DNA of 63,973 bases, counting the filler, from Piptocephalis cylindrospora (Eukaryota): the NCBI GenBank assembly GCA_003614145.1. It is 4 parts of 4 records of this genome, joined end to end, with 100 filler letters (N's around TTAATTAATTAA, not from the genome) between each part and the next. Parts side by side here need not be neighbours in the genome. Positions count along the whole stretch, not along the records: positions 1 to 16,274 come from KZ987870.1; 3 more parts are not named here. The stretch is one strand, 5' to 3'. Position numbers and translations under genes: made by a program. How positions within the stretch are numbered: position 1 is the first letter of the stretch; every line of letters starts with the position of its first letter. This document shows positions 1-12,588 of this stretch, piece by piece. The notes below the pieces were generated by a model. That model saw nothing but the letters and a program-made list of their open reading frames with translations, was not told the DNA's origin and made no database searches.

Positions 1-314
1 AATAATCTTTTAGTGAAGAAGTAAGGTATAAGTAGCCGGACATTCGATCCCTTTTGCATCAGTCTGAAGAATACATGTCAAATTTCCCTCCATTTTTCCA
101 TCCCCACCTCCCTCGCGAACCCTCCCCTGATTAAGATACCCTTTGATAAGAATTGATTCCAGTTAAGAACACGTCCCCAAGTCCCATTTTGCCGATCCAA
201 GATTCCTCAAGATAAAGAAAGCCAAACCTTGATTAAGATTTCCAAGACCAAATTTCAAACCCTTCTAATTCCATCGTGAGATTCAGATCTCCATTTACAA
301 CACAACAATCTTGT

Positions 315-1659
315 TAGGAACCAAGCTATAAGAACACCAGTATAAGAACCAGGACCCTTCATTACCCCCTCTAACATGAACTCCATTATCTCACCTAACC
401 ATGAAAGCCATACCAAAAGAAACAATTATGCGCATCAAGATGCTCCTGGAGAAGGGTCAATCACTCCACCAAGTGGCCGCCAAGACCAAAGTAGGATCAT
501 CTACGGTAATGAGGAGGTATAAGGAGTTAGATATGGTGGGAAAACCTAACCCAGGTGGTTGTCCAAGACTTCTAACCCCGAGAGAAGAACGGGTAACCGT
601 CCGAAATGTAATTACTACACGTGGTGGATCAGCTAGGAGGGTCGCAAGGCAGATTTCGGCCAAGCGCGGGGCAAGCATCAGCGCTGAGACAGTGCGTCGT
701 GCCCTTAAAAGGAGAGGATTGAGAGGTAGGAGGTCTAGAGAGGTTCCAATGTTAAAGCGTAGACATCGCCTGGCCCGCTTGCGCTTTGCGAGGAGACATC
801 AGAGTTGGACACAGGAGTACTGGGAACGCGTTATCTGGACGGACGAGTCCAAGGTTACCCGTATGGGTTCGGATGGTGCCTAATGGTGCTGGAGGAGACC
901 TGGAGAGGCCTTGTCATGACGAAAATGTAGTATCTACAATTAGTTATGGAGAAGGTGATATCCTGATTTGGACTTGCATTTCTGCATATGGGGTTGGTAG
1001 ACTCCATAGGATTAACGGGAGCATGGATACGGACGTATACTGTGATGTATTGGAAGAAAGCTATCTATCATCGCTGGATGACTGGGGCCTTGGTGATGAG
1101 GATGTCATTTTCCAGCAGGATAATGACCTAAAGCATACCTTCACCAGCTCTCGGAGTTGGCTTTCCTCAAATGGGATCCAAGTTCTGGAATAGCCCTCTC
1201 CGTCTCCAGACTTGAATCCCATTGAACACCTCTGGGGATACCTAAAGAGGTTACTAGCCCCCTACAAGAGGGCCCCCACCAATTTCGATGCTCTTTGGGC
1301 CCAGGTGGAATCAGAATGGGATGGGATCCCCTATGATGTAGTCCTGGGTCTCATCGACAGTATGCTTTCAAGGGTCCATGCCATCCTAAAGATACAAAAT
1401 GGACTCATTGAGTAATGATGGCTGGAGAGGCAATTTACAGAATCATGCGTCGAAACCGTGCCGACACAATTTGTTTTACAAAGTTTTAATTTCTGGAATA
1501 ATTTATTTTTCCATTTAAAAGTACTTCAGCTACCCCTGATTGTGTGGTTCTCGCGCCTCCAGTGTACTTTATTTCATTAAGAATAACTTTCTGTAGGAAG
1601 GATAATAAAGAAAAGGGCCCATGAAGGTAGAAATATCGGCACGCTTTTACGAGGCTATG
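315..1659 (+). mobile_element. Tc1-family DNA transposon, copy 1 (decayed; left TIR not found)
   Basis: Carries a Tc1 transposase pseudogene. 1510-1659 is homologous to the TIR of copy 2 and is followed by TA (1660-1661). The 5' non-coding homology to copy 2 only starts at ~315. Confidence 0.88.
401..1415 (+). pseudogene. Tc1 (DD34E) transposase pseudogene
   Basis: HTH region, then WTDESK (D1), FQQDND (D2) and SPDLNPIEHLW (E), with exactly 34 residues between D2 and E. Disrupted by TAA at 881-883, a +1 frameshift near 915, and TAG at 1191-1193 (TGG in copy 2). Confidence 0.93.
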
Positions 1660-2357
1660 TATGGTGTGAAGATGGGTATGAGTGTGAGGTGTGTAGGTAT
1701 GTGTGCAAGATGTATTTGCAAGGAAGCACCAGGCAACTTAGAATGCGCGTACATGATATGATCTGAGCCAAGAGCGCTCTAACCACAGGATACATGCTTG
1801 AGAACTCTTATTCTAGAGATGCAACGACCAGAGACAGATCTAGGAAAGTATTTAAAGCAGTAGGGCAAAGGAGAATACTCCCACTCTGGGGCTCATCCTT
1901 CCGTTCCTTCCATCCTTTTTTTGACCCTTGATCCTCCCTTGGTTCACGATTCTGTTTGATTTTTGATTCACTTGGTTGAATCATTTGGCTTACCACGCTG
2001 AGGATGATTCGTTACTTCACAGTAGTAAAATGTAGTATGTTTCGACCCACCTATACCGCATTTTATATGCGTCTATCTATACGCATGTCTCGGATCTGAT
2101 CCATTCAGGGACAATAAATCCCTTTCCACTAGGCTTATGAAGGGAAAAAAGTGACCTTTCACCAAAGGAAAAAAAGTCATTATCCTCTATTCTCTTCCGA
2201 TCACCGGTCCATACCAATACGTCCACAACATTCATTCTCGCTTGCTTTTCATAGCATGATCCTGTGGGACCAACAAAGGGCCCATTTAAATCCTGATGGG
2301 TTGAGGGAAAGTTTAGAAAGGGTCCTTTCCACTATGTGCCTATCCCACAATGACAGC

Positions 2358-3540
2358 TTACTTTTTCACAATCTGAACCACGTCTTCATCCGCAAGAACA
2401 TGCTCCTTCCCTACCCTCTGGGGATGATGCTTCACGCTAGTTCCCCAGATCAAAGCACTAAAATTCATGGGTAAATGTAAGTATGACGCTATCCATCTTC
2501 CTCATTCCTCACTCACCCCTCCACCCATCCACTTACGTCCTGAATTGTCGCATAATACTCCGGTGAATGTTGTTGCAAAAGTCCTCGACAGTATTTTGGC
2601 CATTGCGAAGGACGACAGGCTGGGAGTAGTCGGGCAACTGGCCCTTGGGCTTGGTGTAGACACGAACAAGATTGAGGTATTCCCACATCTTCTCCATGAG
2701 CTCGTCAAAATTCCACTCGTGACCAGCGGAAATGGGGATGGCGTGAGGGATGCGGTAGACAAGGTCAAGCTCCTCAATGGAGATTTGATCAATCTTATTG
2801 AGAACATATAGGGCAGGAATGTAGACACGATTGCCTTCAATAACATCGATAAGATCATCAATGGTAGCGTCGCACTTGAAGGACACATCGGCATTATGTA
2901 TCTTATACTCGCTAAGCACGACCTTGACCTGGTCCAAGTCCAGGTGGGAGAGGGGGACAGTGTGGGTCATATTGATACCACCTTTCTCCTTGCGCTTAAA
3001 GTAGATGTTGGGGGGTTCCTTGTTGAGCCGGATGCCAAACCCCTCCAATTCATGCTCGATCAGGTGCTTGTGGGTCAAAGGCTTCAGAACATCGAGGACA
3101 AGGAAGATGAGGGAACAGGTGCGGGCCACAGCAATGACCTGCTTACCTCGACCCTTACCATCCTTGGCTCCCTCAATAATCCCGGGCAAATCGAGGATCT
3201 GGATTTTAGCTCCCTTGTACTGGACCACACCGGGTACAGTAGTCAGAGTGGTGAATTCATAATCAGCGACCTCAGAGTGAGTACCAGTCATTTTGCTCAT
3301 CAGTGTACTCTTGCCCACGGAAGGAAACCCGATGAAACCAACGCGCGCGACTCCGGTCTTGGACACGTCAAAGCCCACACCTTCCCCACCCCCACCTCCC
3401 GTCTTGGGGGTCAGGAGCTCACGGCGAAGCTTGGCCAGCTTAGCCTTGAGGAGACCCAAATGAGCGGACGTGGCCTTGTTCTTCTGCGTCCTGGCCATCT
3501 CGGCCTCGATATCCTTGATCTTTTCCACCGTTGTCGACAT
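2358..3540 (-). CDS. RBG1: Developmentally regulated GTP-binding protein 1 (OBG family, TGS domain); exons 3540-2537 and 2457-2358
   Basis: N-terminus [25 protein letters not shown], plus [18 protein letters not shown] and NKID motifs. Splicing a GTAAGT..TAG intron restores the conserved end [33 protein letters not shown]. Confidence 0.96.
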
Positions 3541-4370
3541 GATGGGAAATGTTGTGAAGGTGTAGTACGGTAGGGAGAGGAGAAGGAGGGGCGTTTCAGA
3601 GAGAAGGATTGAGAGGAAGGATGCCCAGAAAAAGAAGGTCCAAGTGACGGGGGCTTTATTAACGATTGCTGTCCAGGGAGCAGATGCGAAGGAAGAAAGA
3701 AAGGTGCCTCTGATCCTGTATTGAATTTCGCTCAGTTGGACCCACAGGTTTAAAGGGTGTTGTGGTGGTGGTGAGGGAGGGGGGAGGGGAGGGGGATATA
3801 TAACTGACAGGCAGACTGGGCGAGTGTACCCCGCGTTAGCCTCACTACTCCTTCATCACCACTGGCTACAGCATCTTGGACAAAGGTCATGTATGCGTTG
3901 GCAGCGCGCTATCCAGTGAGGCGTCTGTCCTTTGCTGCCCATACTTTCTTCCTCCCCATCCATGCTGAGCGAGGTAGGAGACACTAGGGATCATTAGGGA
4001 TTTAAGGAGCAAAGGAAAGGTTAGATGAAAAAAAGGTGACAGAATCTTCCCTGCACATAGACGGTGAAATTTTGAGTGAAATTCGAACGGAATTTGACGC
4101 GAGTTTCAAGCTGATACTCTGGTAAGCCAGCAGCTGTTGCGTTCTCCACATCCAAGCGATATGCGTGTGTGGCAGGGGAGCGGCGGTCAGTGAAGCGCAA
4201 TATGGAGGACTTTGACACCGCTCCCACTTCTATTAGATCGTGAGGATCCCAGATTGAAGTGGAGGAAGGGGATCAACGCGACAACAAAGCAACCATAATC
4301 ATCCTTCCCTGACGCGTTAATCTCTCCTTCTCCCTGCCCATCCCATCCATCTTACCTTTTTAAACCCAGA

Positions 4371-6073
4371 ATGACTAGGTCCCCTTCCCCACCAGAGGAA
4401 AGGACTGTGGAGAAGGACTCGTCCTACCGACCCTCTCCTTCTCCCTCCACCCTATTAACAACACCACAGCTCCTACCCGAATCGCAGGATCTCTCGACCC
4501 CCAATATTGCTGAGGCCTTCGCCTCTCTCCCGCCCGATCTGGTGCAGCATGCCCGTTCGATGGGGCTTCCCATCGACGGCTATCCTGAGCTGCTTCCAAG
4601 GGCTGCAAAGTATCTTTCCACGTTCACGGCGGCCCTGAGTGCCCGCGGTCCCGCTCCCCGTAGACCTGGTCGACCCGCCCGGCCTGCCACGATTGCCTAC
4701 CCTCTCCTTGCCTTGCAAGTCACGGCTCAGGACCTGGGACTGAATTTCCCCATAACTTCCGCCGTTCGACGCTCCACTCTACCTGTCCGCTCCTACCAAA
4801 CCTCCCTGGATCTCTTTCGAACGACCCTAAATCTACGCACCCCTGAGGGCCCATCCATCCAGACCCTATCCATCCGGTACGGGTGTCCCATGGGGATGGA
4901 TGCCCAGGTTAAGGCCTTAAAGGACGCATTCCTCCCCCGTTGGTACGCCTCTCTCCCCCCTATCCCCAGGCAGGCTGCTCAGGCGGCCAGTCGGGAGAAG
5001 CAAAGTCGTCCGGGGTGTCAGGATGCCATGGATAGCCCTTCTTTGGCCTGCTTCATTTGTATTTGTCGGGCTCAAAAGGTTAGATGGGAGAAAGGCATAT
5101 CCTCCTCCCCATTCCTAAACACACATGCTCACTTCCTCTTGAAATCTCATCCCAATACAGGTTAAACTTCCTATGATGGAAGTGTTGCGCATGGCCACCG
5201 AGTCATTACCGGTGATGCGTAGGTGGATCAAACTGGTGGAGGATCAGTGTCCTCAAGAGCTATCTACCTTGGCTTCCCAAGCCAAGGCCGGAGAGTATCC
5301 ATCAAAGGATGGCTCTGTGCCAAGAAAGAGGGGGAGGCCTCCAAAGGTCCGGACGGAGGGAATGGATAGTGATCCCTTTCGAAAGACGACAGGCCCTATT
5401 TCGTCTACAGGAGAGGAGCCTCCCAGGAAAAGAGGGCCTGGTAGACCGCGAAAGATTATCGCAGCGGAAAATAATGATGCACCGCCTGTGAAAAGAGGCC
5501 CAGGAAGACCACGAAAGATAAAGGTAGCGGACACTAATGGTGCAGATGCTTTGGCCAAGGAGGCACCGGGGAAGGCTATGGGGACAGAGGTGGAGAAGAA
5601 GAATGGGGAAAACATTGAGGATAAGGTACAAGAAACTGAGCGAATTGTACGATTCGATCCAGATTCCCCTTTTGTCTCTAAGGATGACATGGGCTTCACT
5701 GAGGCCGAGATACCGAAGAAACGTGGGAGAGGTAGGCCCAAGAAATCTGAAGGGGTAAATAGCGTCCCTGGAACCCCGAAGACTCAAAGAGTGTCCTTTA
5801 TGGAAAAGCTTCGTTTGGTTGTTGCGGCCCAGGACGATACGGGCAGTGCCCCAGACTTAAGCATGTCTATCGCCCTTGCCCCTCCCATGGATGGATTAAA
5901 CCCTATGGTAAGTTTTTAGGATCGGAGACAGAGAGAGAGAAGTGTATTATACGTGGAGTTGTAGCTCATTGTCTTCTCTTCCATTTTTACAGGTCCCCTT
6001 TCCTTCCTGGAGGAAGACAGCCAGGTATCGAAGGTACAGAAAATGGCTGGAGGATGTCTCTGGGAATTTTTAA
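4371..6073 (+). CDS. ORC6: Origin recognition complex subunit 6-like protein with four AT-hooks; exons 4371-5078, 5161-5907, 5993-6073
   Basis: The core (ELLPRAAKYL...LLALQVTA...RRSTLPVRSYQTSLDLFRTTLNL...SIQTLSIRYGC...SLPP) aligns by eye with the ORC6 TFIIB-like domains. Phase-0 GT-AG introns join the exons in frame. The last exon RYRRYRKWLEDV resembles the ORC6 C-terminal YEEWK helix. Four GRP AT-hooks lie at 5323-5745. Confidence 0.72.
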
Positions 6074-7343
6074 GGGAATGGTGGGAGGGAAGACTCAGTA
6101 CAAGCATTTGCAAGTGTGAGAGTGGGAGGGGGGGAGGATTGTCAAGTATATTGGCCTCCTTGGAGGGAAACTCTGCCGACACATGTACACACCTGTTGTT
6201 CAACAAAGTATGATGGGCTTGGAATTGTACGTGAGGGAAAAAAAGTCATGGGGTTTCCCAGAGCGCATAAGTGCACGATTGGATTTTACACAATGGAAAC
6301 ATGACCCTTTCATCACCGATCTATTCCGGGATATGGCCGTATATCGAGCTGAAGGAAGGCAGGTTGGGCACATGCATCTATTCTGGGACTTTTTAAAAGA
6401 AGCCGCAGCAATCTGACATGGGTTGGCTTATTCAGTCCTCAGTGTCATCCTTGGCCCGGGCCCACACGTTGCTCGACACACCCCTTCATTCTCCCTCAGT
6501 GAATCATTATTATCGTCTATAAAGGCCTCCATTCCACCAGCCTTACCCCAAACTACTCCATGGTCTCTCCATTTTCTCTTCCTTTTTTCTCTTCTTCTCT
6601 AGCCTCATCCGCGAAAATTCACCTTGCATGGAGGCTTACTAAATGAGCCCCTTCGTATCAACGTCCCCCTCCCCCTCCTCTTCCTCTGATATCATCCTGT
6701 CCATCTTACTCGCCTTGCGTTACCTTGCATGATGCCCTGGACAATCATGTCCCTCGCTGTAGTAAAAAAAAACCCCTTTACTTCCGGCTTACCCCTGTCC
6801 TCCAAATTACTCTCGCCAGCATTATCACATGTGTGGTTGCATCCTCTCACCCCTCCCTTGCTGAGAGGGACGCGTACTCTTCCCTGTCCCTACTTCCCTC
6901 CAGCCCTCTTGCCCCTACAATGATCCTCCCTCTCACACACTAGCCCATCCCCACACTTGCCAGGACCCGCCCCACCATTTGCTCACGTTGTCCTCTCTCT
7001 TTTCTCTCCGCCCCCCTCTCCTGGCCTCAGTCGATCCCGCTCCTGACCCCGCCATTCCTCTCCGATTCCAATCCTCCCAAGTCATCCGCTCTTCCCTTCT
7101 TCCTTCTCCTCTCTCCTCCTCCTTCTTCCTATTCCCTCCCCCTCTTCCTTCCTGTATCCTCCTTGTCTCCCCTCCTCCTCCTCCCTCATTGCATCTCTGG
7201 TCTACCCTCTTCTTGCCCTTCCTGGCTCTTCTCCCCGTAGACCCAGTGATATTGCCCTTCCTCCCCTTCCCCTACTAAGTGCTCCTTTCACGCGTTCACA
7301 CACTTTCTCCACTTTACTTCCACTCTTCTTTCCGCAAGCCAGA

Positions 7344-10300
7344 ATGAGCAGACTTCAACCCCCGAGACCCTCCGGGCTTCAGAAGCCCGGGTCAACCACC
7401 GCTCCCTCTCCGGGTCGTGGGTCTCTACTCACCAGGCCTTCCGCCACTTCCGCCGTCGGTGCTGGTCGGGGCCGTGGGATCGGTCTGGGATTGGCTCGGG
7501 GTCCTTCTGGCTCTACCTCCATCCCCGGATCCTCTACCACCTCCACCACCACTACCCGTCGTTCTAATCCCACTTCCCCTGGTACTGCTCGAGTTCCTGG
7601 GGCCCATGGTCGGTCCCCTTCTCTCGGTGGAGCTACCAGGCCTTCCACAGGCTCCTCGACCTCCGCTGCCGCCCGTCGCCTCGGCTCATCTAAGGGAAGG
7701 TCTACCCCCATTCCTTACCAAGTCGATGAGCGAGTCCGTGTTGACAGCCTAAATCTAGAAGGAACTGTCCGGTATCTGGGGCCTACTCACTTCAAGCCTG
7801 GGACCTGGGCTGGTCTTGAGTTGGATGTGGAGGGATCCGGGAAGAATGATGGGTCCGTCGGTGGGGAGACTTACTTCTCCTGCCCCCCGGCCACCGGCAT
7901 CTTTGTCTTGGTCTCAAAGATCTCCAAATTGGAAGGGGATAGTGAGCCCGGGCCCAAGACTGGTACCTCCACAAAGACCGGTCTGACTCGTCGATCTAGC
8001 TCTATTTCCTCCTCCTCCACCGCTTCTTCCTCCCTCCAGTTTCGTCCCGAATCCCGAGCTGGCCGGTTTGTCGGGATGACCGCTCAGCAATATAAGAGAG
8101 CTTCTCTTCTTAATGGCCCCTCAGGAAGGTCAATCTCCACCGAGGATAGTGGGGCCCAAGGACCTGGGATGTCTCCCTCCAAGTCTCTTCCCTCCAAAAC
8201 TTCTCCCTCTTCTACCTCCTCCAAATCTAGTCCTTCCTCGGTTCTTGCCGCTGCCCGTTCTCGGATTTCTACTCCAGGGGCTAGACCCACCAATGGGGTC
8301 CGATCCGCTTCGGGGAGTACCGCTCCTCGCGCGGGTATCCCTGGAACTTCTCCCCGTACTGGCATGCATCAGAGAACCGTATCCCAATCCACCCGAAAAT
8401 CCACCTCCACCGCCTCCTCCACTTCCTCTTCTCCCCAACGCCGTAAATCTTTGAACCAAACACGTCTGTCTGGCCCTCTATCCCCTCCTGGATCCAAGAG
8501 TCTCATTTCTCCCCCTCCCTCCTCCATCCAAGAGCATCTTGGCTCCTCCAGGGCCGACCCTTCAACCTCTTCAACCTCAGATTCCCCCGGAATGATTAAC
8601 TCTGAGGAAGTTGGGGCCGATGAAGAAGGTCAGGGAAACAGGGACCCGGTGCCTGATTACGCCGAGAAGCTCCAGGCTCGCCTGGCTGTCCTGGAGGCTG
8701 AGAACCGACTATTGCGTGTCCAAGGTGAGCAAGTTAAGGCAAGGCTTGTGGCTACCGAGCTTCTGGACAAGGGAAATGGCTCCGGGGAGTCTGGTGAGGA
8801 TCTGCCGGGCGTGGGATCTGCCGAAATTGCCCAACTTCGTGCCCGTGTCACTCAGCTAGCGACTGAGCGCGATCTGGCCTCTGAAGAACGAGATGCCCTT
8901 CAAAAGAGGCTAGTCGGCATGCAGAGACCCAGTACTGTCCTCTCTGGTATCAAGGGTTCCTCTCGCACTGACAAAGATGGAATCGATGGAACAGAGGAGG
9001 AGGAGGATGAGCATGAGCAGGTTCTTCGTCTTACCGAACGGGTTCGTGAGGGCGATGAGAGGGTTAGGACTTTGGAGGAGGCTTTGGAGGTGACTAGGGC
9101 CGGGGTCGTGGGCGAGGAGATGGCCGGTCGCCTTCGCTCTCTTGAGGAGGCCCTGGCCGATGCCGAATCTCTCCTCTCCTCCAAGGGCGATGAGGAAAGG
9201 ACCTTGCGTGAGCGACTAGAGGAATTGGAGAGGGAGGTGGCTTTCCAAGGCTCCTCTAGGTCCAAGCCTGAGGATTCCCCTGGGTCTGGCAAGGAGAGGG
9301 AGGAGGGTGGCGAGGGGGAAACGGGGGAGGAAGGGGGGGGCCCAAGATCTCAAGGCTCGTCTGGAGGACAAGGTTACTGAGTGTGGCCAGCTTAGCGCTC
9401 GTCTGGATCGTCTAGCTACCGAAGGTGAGAGGGATCGATCCGTTCTCGTGGCCCAAGTTGAAGGTCTTCGTGCCGCCGGCATGGAGACCATTACCCTGTA
9501 CGAGGGCAAGATTGCTGCCCTGGAGAGTCGTCTAGCCCTTTTTGGATCTGGAGGTGATGAGGATGAAGGAGAGAAGGAGAAGGAGAAGGAGGAAGGAGAT
9601 GATGAGGAGAAGCAGGAGGAGGAGGGGAGGAGGCGAGACGAGGTGGAAAATCTCCGAGAAGCCCTGAGCCGAGCCGAAAGGGAAATGGACGAAGCCAAGG
9701 AGATGCATGAGTTGCGCATGGAAGAGCTTCGCTTGGAGCTTTCTCAGATCCCCACAGACAAGATGGAGTCGGCGGAACCTAACCTGGCGGAGGGAAGAGA
9801 GCAAGAGGACCAGGCTAAGGATGAGAGGATGCGTGAGGAAAGGGAAGGGTGGGAGCAAGAGGTGAAGGAGGCCAAGGAGGAAGGGGACCGACTGCGTCAA
9901 GTTCTGGCCGAGGCTCAGGAGTCTCTTGAGAAGGAGAGACTCGAGGCTCAAGTTAAGGAAGAGGAGCTTCGTCTAGAGATGGAGGAGGCCCTGGATCGAG
10001 TAAGGCAGGAGGCGGTCGAAGCCAAGTCTTCCCTCTCTAAGGATACTATCATTGACCCCCAAGAAGAAGGGATTGGCAAGACTTCCGAAGGGCACAAGGA
10101 GGAGAAGGAATTATTGACCCTACAGGCCAAGTTTGATGAGCTTCAGGAGATACATCAGTCGGCCCTGGAGGAGAATGAGTCTCTACAAGCGGCTCAAGAA
10201 AATTTGGTAGAAGCTCATCGTCAGGTGGAGAATGAGTGCTTTAAGCTGATGGATGAAGTTGAGCGCCTTCACTCCGAGTCCCTTCTCGCCACCCCCTTGG

Positions 10301-11193
10301 GCCCAGAAGAAGACGCGGGCATCCGTGTGGTGGAACGAGAGGCTGACAAAGAAGCTGGTGAGGCCGAGGATGAGGCGAACAAGGAAGGTGGAGGGGGTGA
10401 AGACAAGGCGGACCCCAGTGTCGTTGCCGCCGTGGCTCAGGGTGCCGAAGCCGTTCAACGTCTCCTGACTGAGAAGCAAAGACAACTTGAGGGTCGGGAA
10501 CGGGCCTTCCGGGATGAAATCCTTCGTCTGACCCGACGGGTCGCCACCCTAGAGCGTGAACGAGTGGATGAGGTGGGCGCCCGGGAAAGGGACATTGCTG
10601 ACTTGGAATCGCTGGTTGAGGCGAAGATCTTCCGGGAGGCCGATCTGGAAGAGCAGCTGGAACGGGGGGCCAGGCAGATCCGGGAGCTTCAGGAGGAGCT
10701 GGAAAAGCTCAAGGGATCTGGGGCCGGATCTACTCAGGATCATGCAGGCCACTCCTCTCATCGTGCCCTGGGTCATGGGACCTCCAAGACCGATTTATCC
10801 TCTCTCTCCTCCTCCTCTTCTCCATCCTCCCGGGCGATGCGATCTCGAAGCAGTAGTCTGAGTAGCGCTGCTCTGTATTGCGAGCTGTGCGAAGTGGATG
10901 GGCATGAGATTACTAGCTGTCCCGCTGTCCTTGGCACCGGCGCCCCCACTCCTCCTCGGATCAGTACTTATTCGTACGGTTCGGACGCCGGGGCTAACGA
11001 GGATGGTTCAGATGCGGAAGGTAGGGATGACTCCATGAACGTGGACGGTCTGGTTATGGGTGGGGATGGGAGCTTCGTGTACGGGGGGGCCGGAGATGAC
11101 GACGAGGAATTTGACAAGCCGTATTGCGAGAACTGCGAGGAGTTTGGGGCCCATTGGACCGAGGACTGTCCCGAGGGGGACGCCACCTACTGA
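7344..11193 (+). CDS. CLIP-170/Bik1/Tip1-like microtubule plus-end protein (CAP-Gly, coiled coil, two zinc knuckles); apparent frameshift at the G8 run 9333-9340
   Basis: CAP-Gly motif GTVRYLG..GTWAGLELD..GKNDGSVGG..YFSC, long coiled coil, knuckles CELCEVDGHEITSC and CENCEEFGAHWTEDC, and an acidic-aromatic C-terminus (GDATY). Removing one G joins ORFs 7344 and 9307. Confidence 0.85.
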
Positions 11194-12588
11194 GGGTGCC
11201 TGGCCGATGCCTGGATTGGCCTACCCACCTGGGAGGAGATGTGGGGTGATGAAGACGAGGAGTACGGGAGTGATGACTGGATAGAGCCAGCTACTGTGGA
11301 GAATGAGGAGGGTTTAAGTGAGGAGGATAGGTTGAAGAGGCGTGTACTCTTTTGGGCAAGGGCCATTCCCATCGGTGCGGATCCCAATGATGATTCCGTG
11401 GTTCTCGGGGGTTGGGAAGCGTGAGTGGGCAGAGGGTTGAAGGATGATTTTGTACATCTGATGGCCTTATCGACTGTGTGCTAGGCTTGGATGGGGCCAT
11501 GAGGGGCCTGGAAGAAACATTGCTCTGTTTGCAGTACCTTCTCATGTTTGTGGTTGATATTGGTATTGACGTTAGTGATGGGATGGATGGTTTTCTTAGA
11601 TAATTGTATAGACAAGAAATTTACCAAGTCATGATTCAAGAATGCTTATCGGCCTGGTCCCATGAGGGATCACGAATTCTTAGGGACCCACTCCTTGTAG
11701 GACGATACAGTAGAGTTGGTATTACTTTGGTTAGTATGGTGTGCTTTAAAGCCTGCCTCATGCCCTCACTATAAGAAGCGTTAGCCGAGCATGAATGCAT
11801 CAAATGAGGAGTCAATTATGACTTGTCATTCTTGTGAACTGACGGTGAAGGGTAGTCATAGCTGGTGTACTATCCTTATCCTCTATTTGGAATCTACTTA
11901 TCTACTTTGATCTTTCGGGAGCATTGTACTCGAATAGGCGTACTCCTGCTCCATTTAGAAGCACTCATGATCAAGCGTTGGTAAGTGTGATTAGGTAAAT
12001 GGAGTGGGCTTACGTCAATATTTATTGTCTTGACAATGAGGGGAAGGCTGAATCATGGAACCTAGGGCTGACTATATGTCGTGTGCATATCCTGAGCGCT
12101 CCGTTGCCTATGGCGGGAGGCACAAATACATTGTTACACATATCTGATGAGGCTCGCCTCGTTGGGTTCACACATAAGATTAGTGGTATAAGTGGATTTG
12201 TATGGATTCATATTCTTAGGTGAGGTAGCTTGCATATCAGTGCGCATGATCGACGTATTGAATCCTCGAGGAGCTAGTGACCACTTACAGCACCATCACT
12301 AAGAGAAAGTGAGGAGCTTATACATTCCTTAAAATGGACTTTATTCATATGACGACTACATTAGAATACCTCATTTGGCTTGCCATTCCCAATACAATAG
12401 CTCATAGCGGAAATTGGCCAAACTGTAAAGTACTTGTATCGCTCCTACTGAGATCTTGTATAAAACTCGGGATATAGCACCTGTCTTTATTCAAAATTCG
12501 GCTCTCTACATCTTACACATTCCAACCACTTTTGCCCTCATTCCATCCACACATCGACTCCTCGCATTTAAATCAAAAGATTACCATT

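Noticed and set aside
4021..4227. 68-aa minus-strand ORF between RBG1 and ORC6
   Set aside because: Non-ATG start, no family recognised and no consistent exon chain found.
6183..6416. 77-aa ORF downstream of ORC6
   Set aside because: Short, with no recognisable motif or splice support; it cannot be called.
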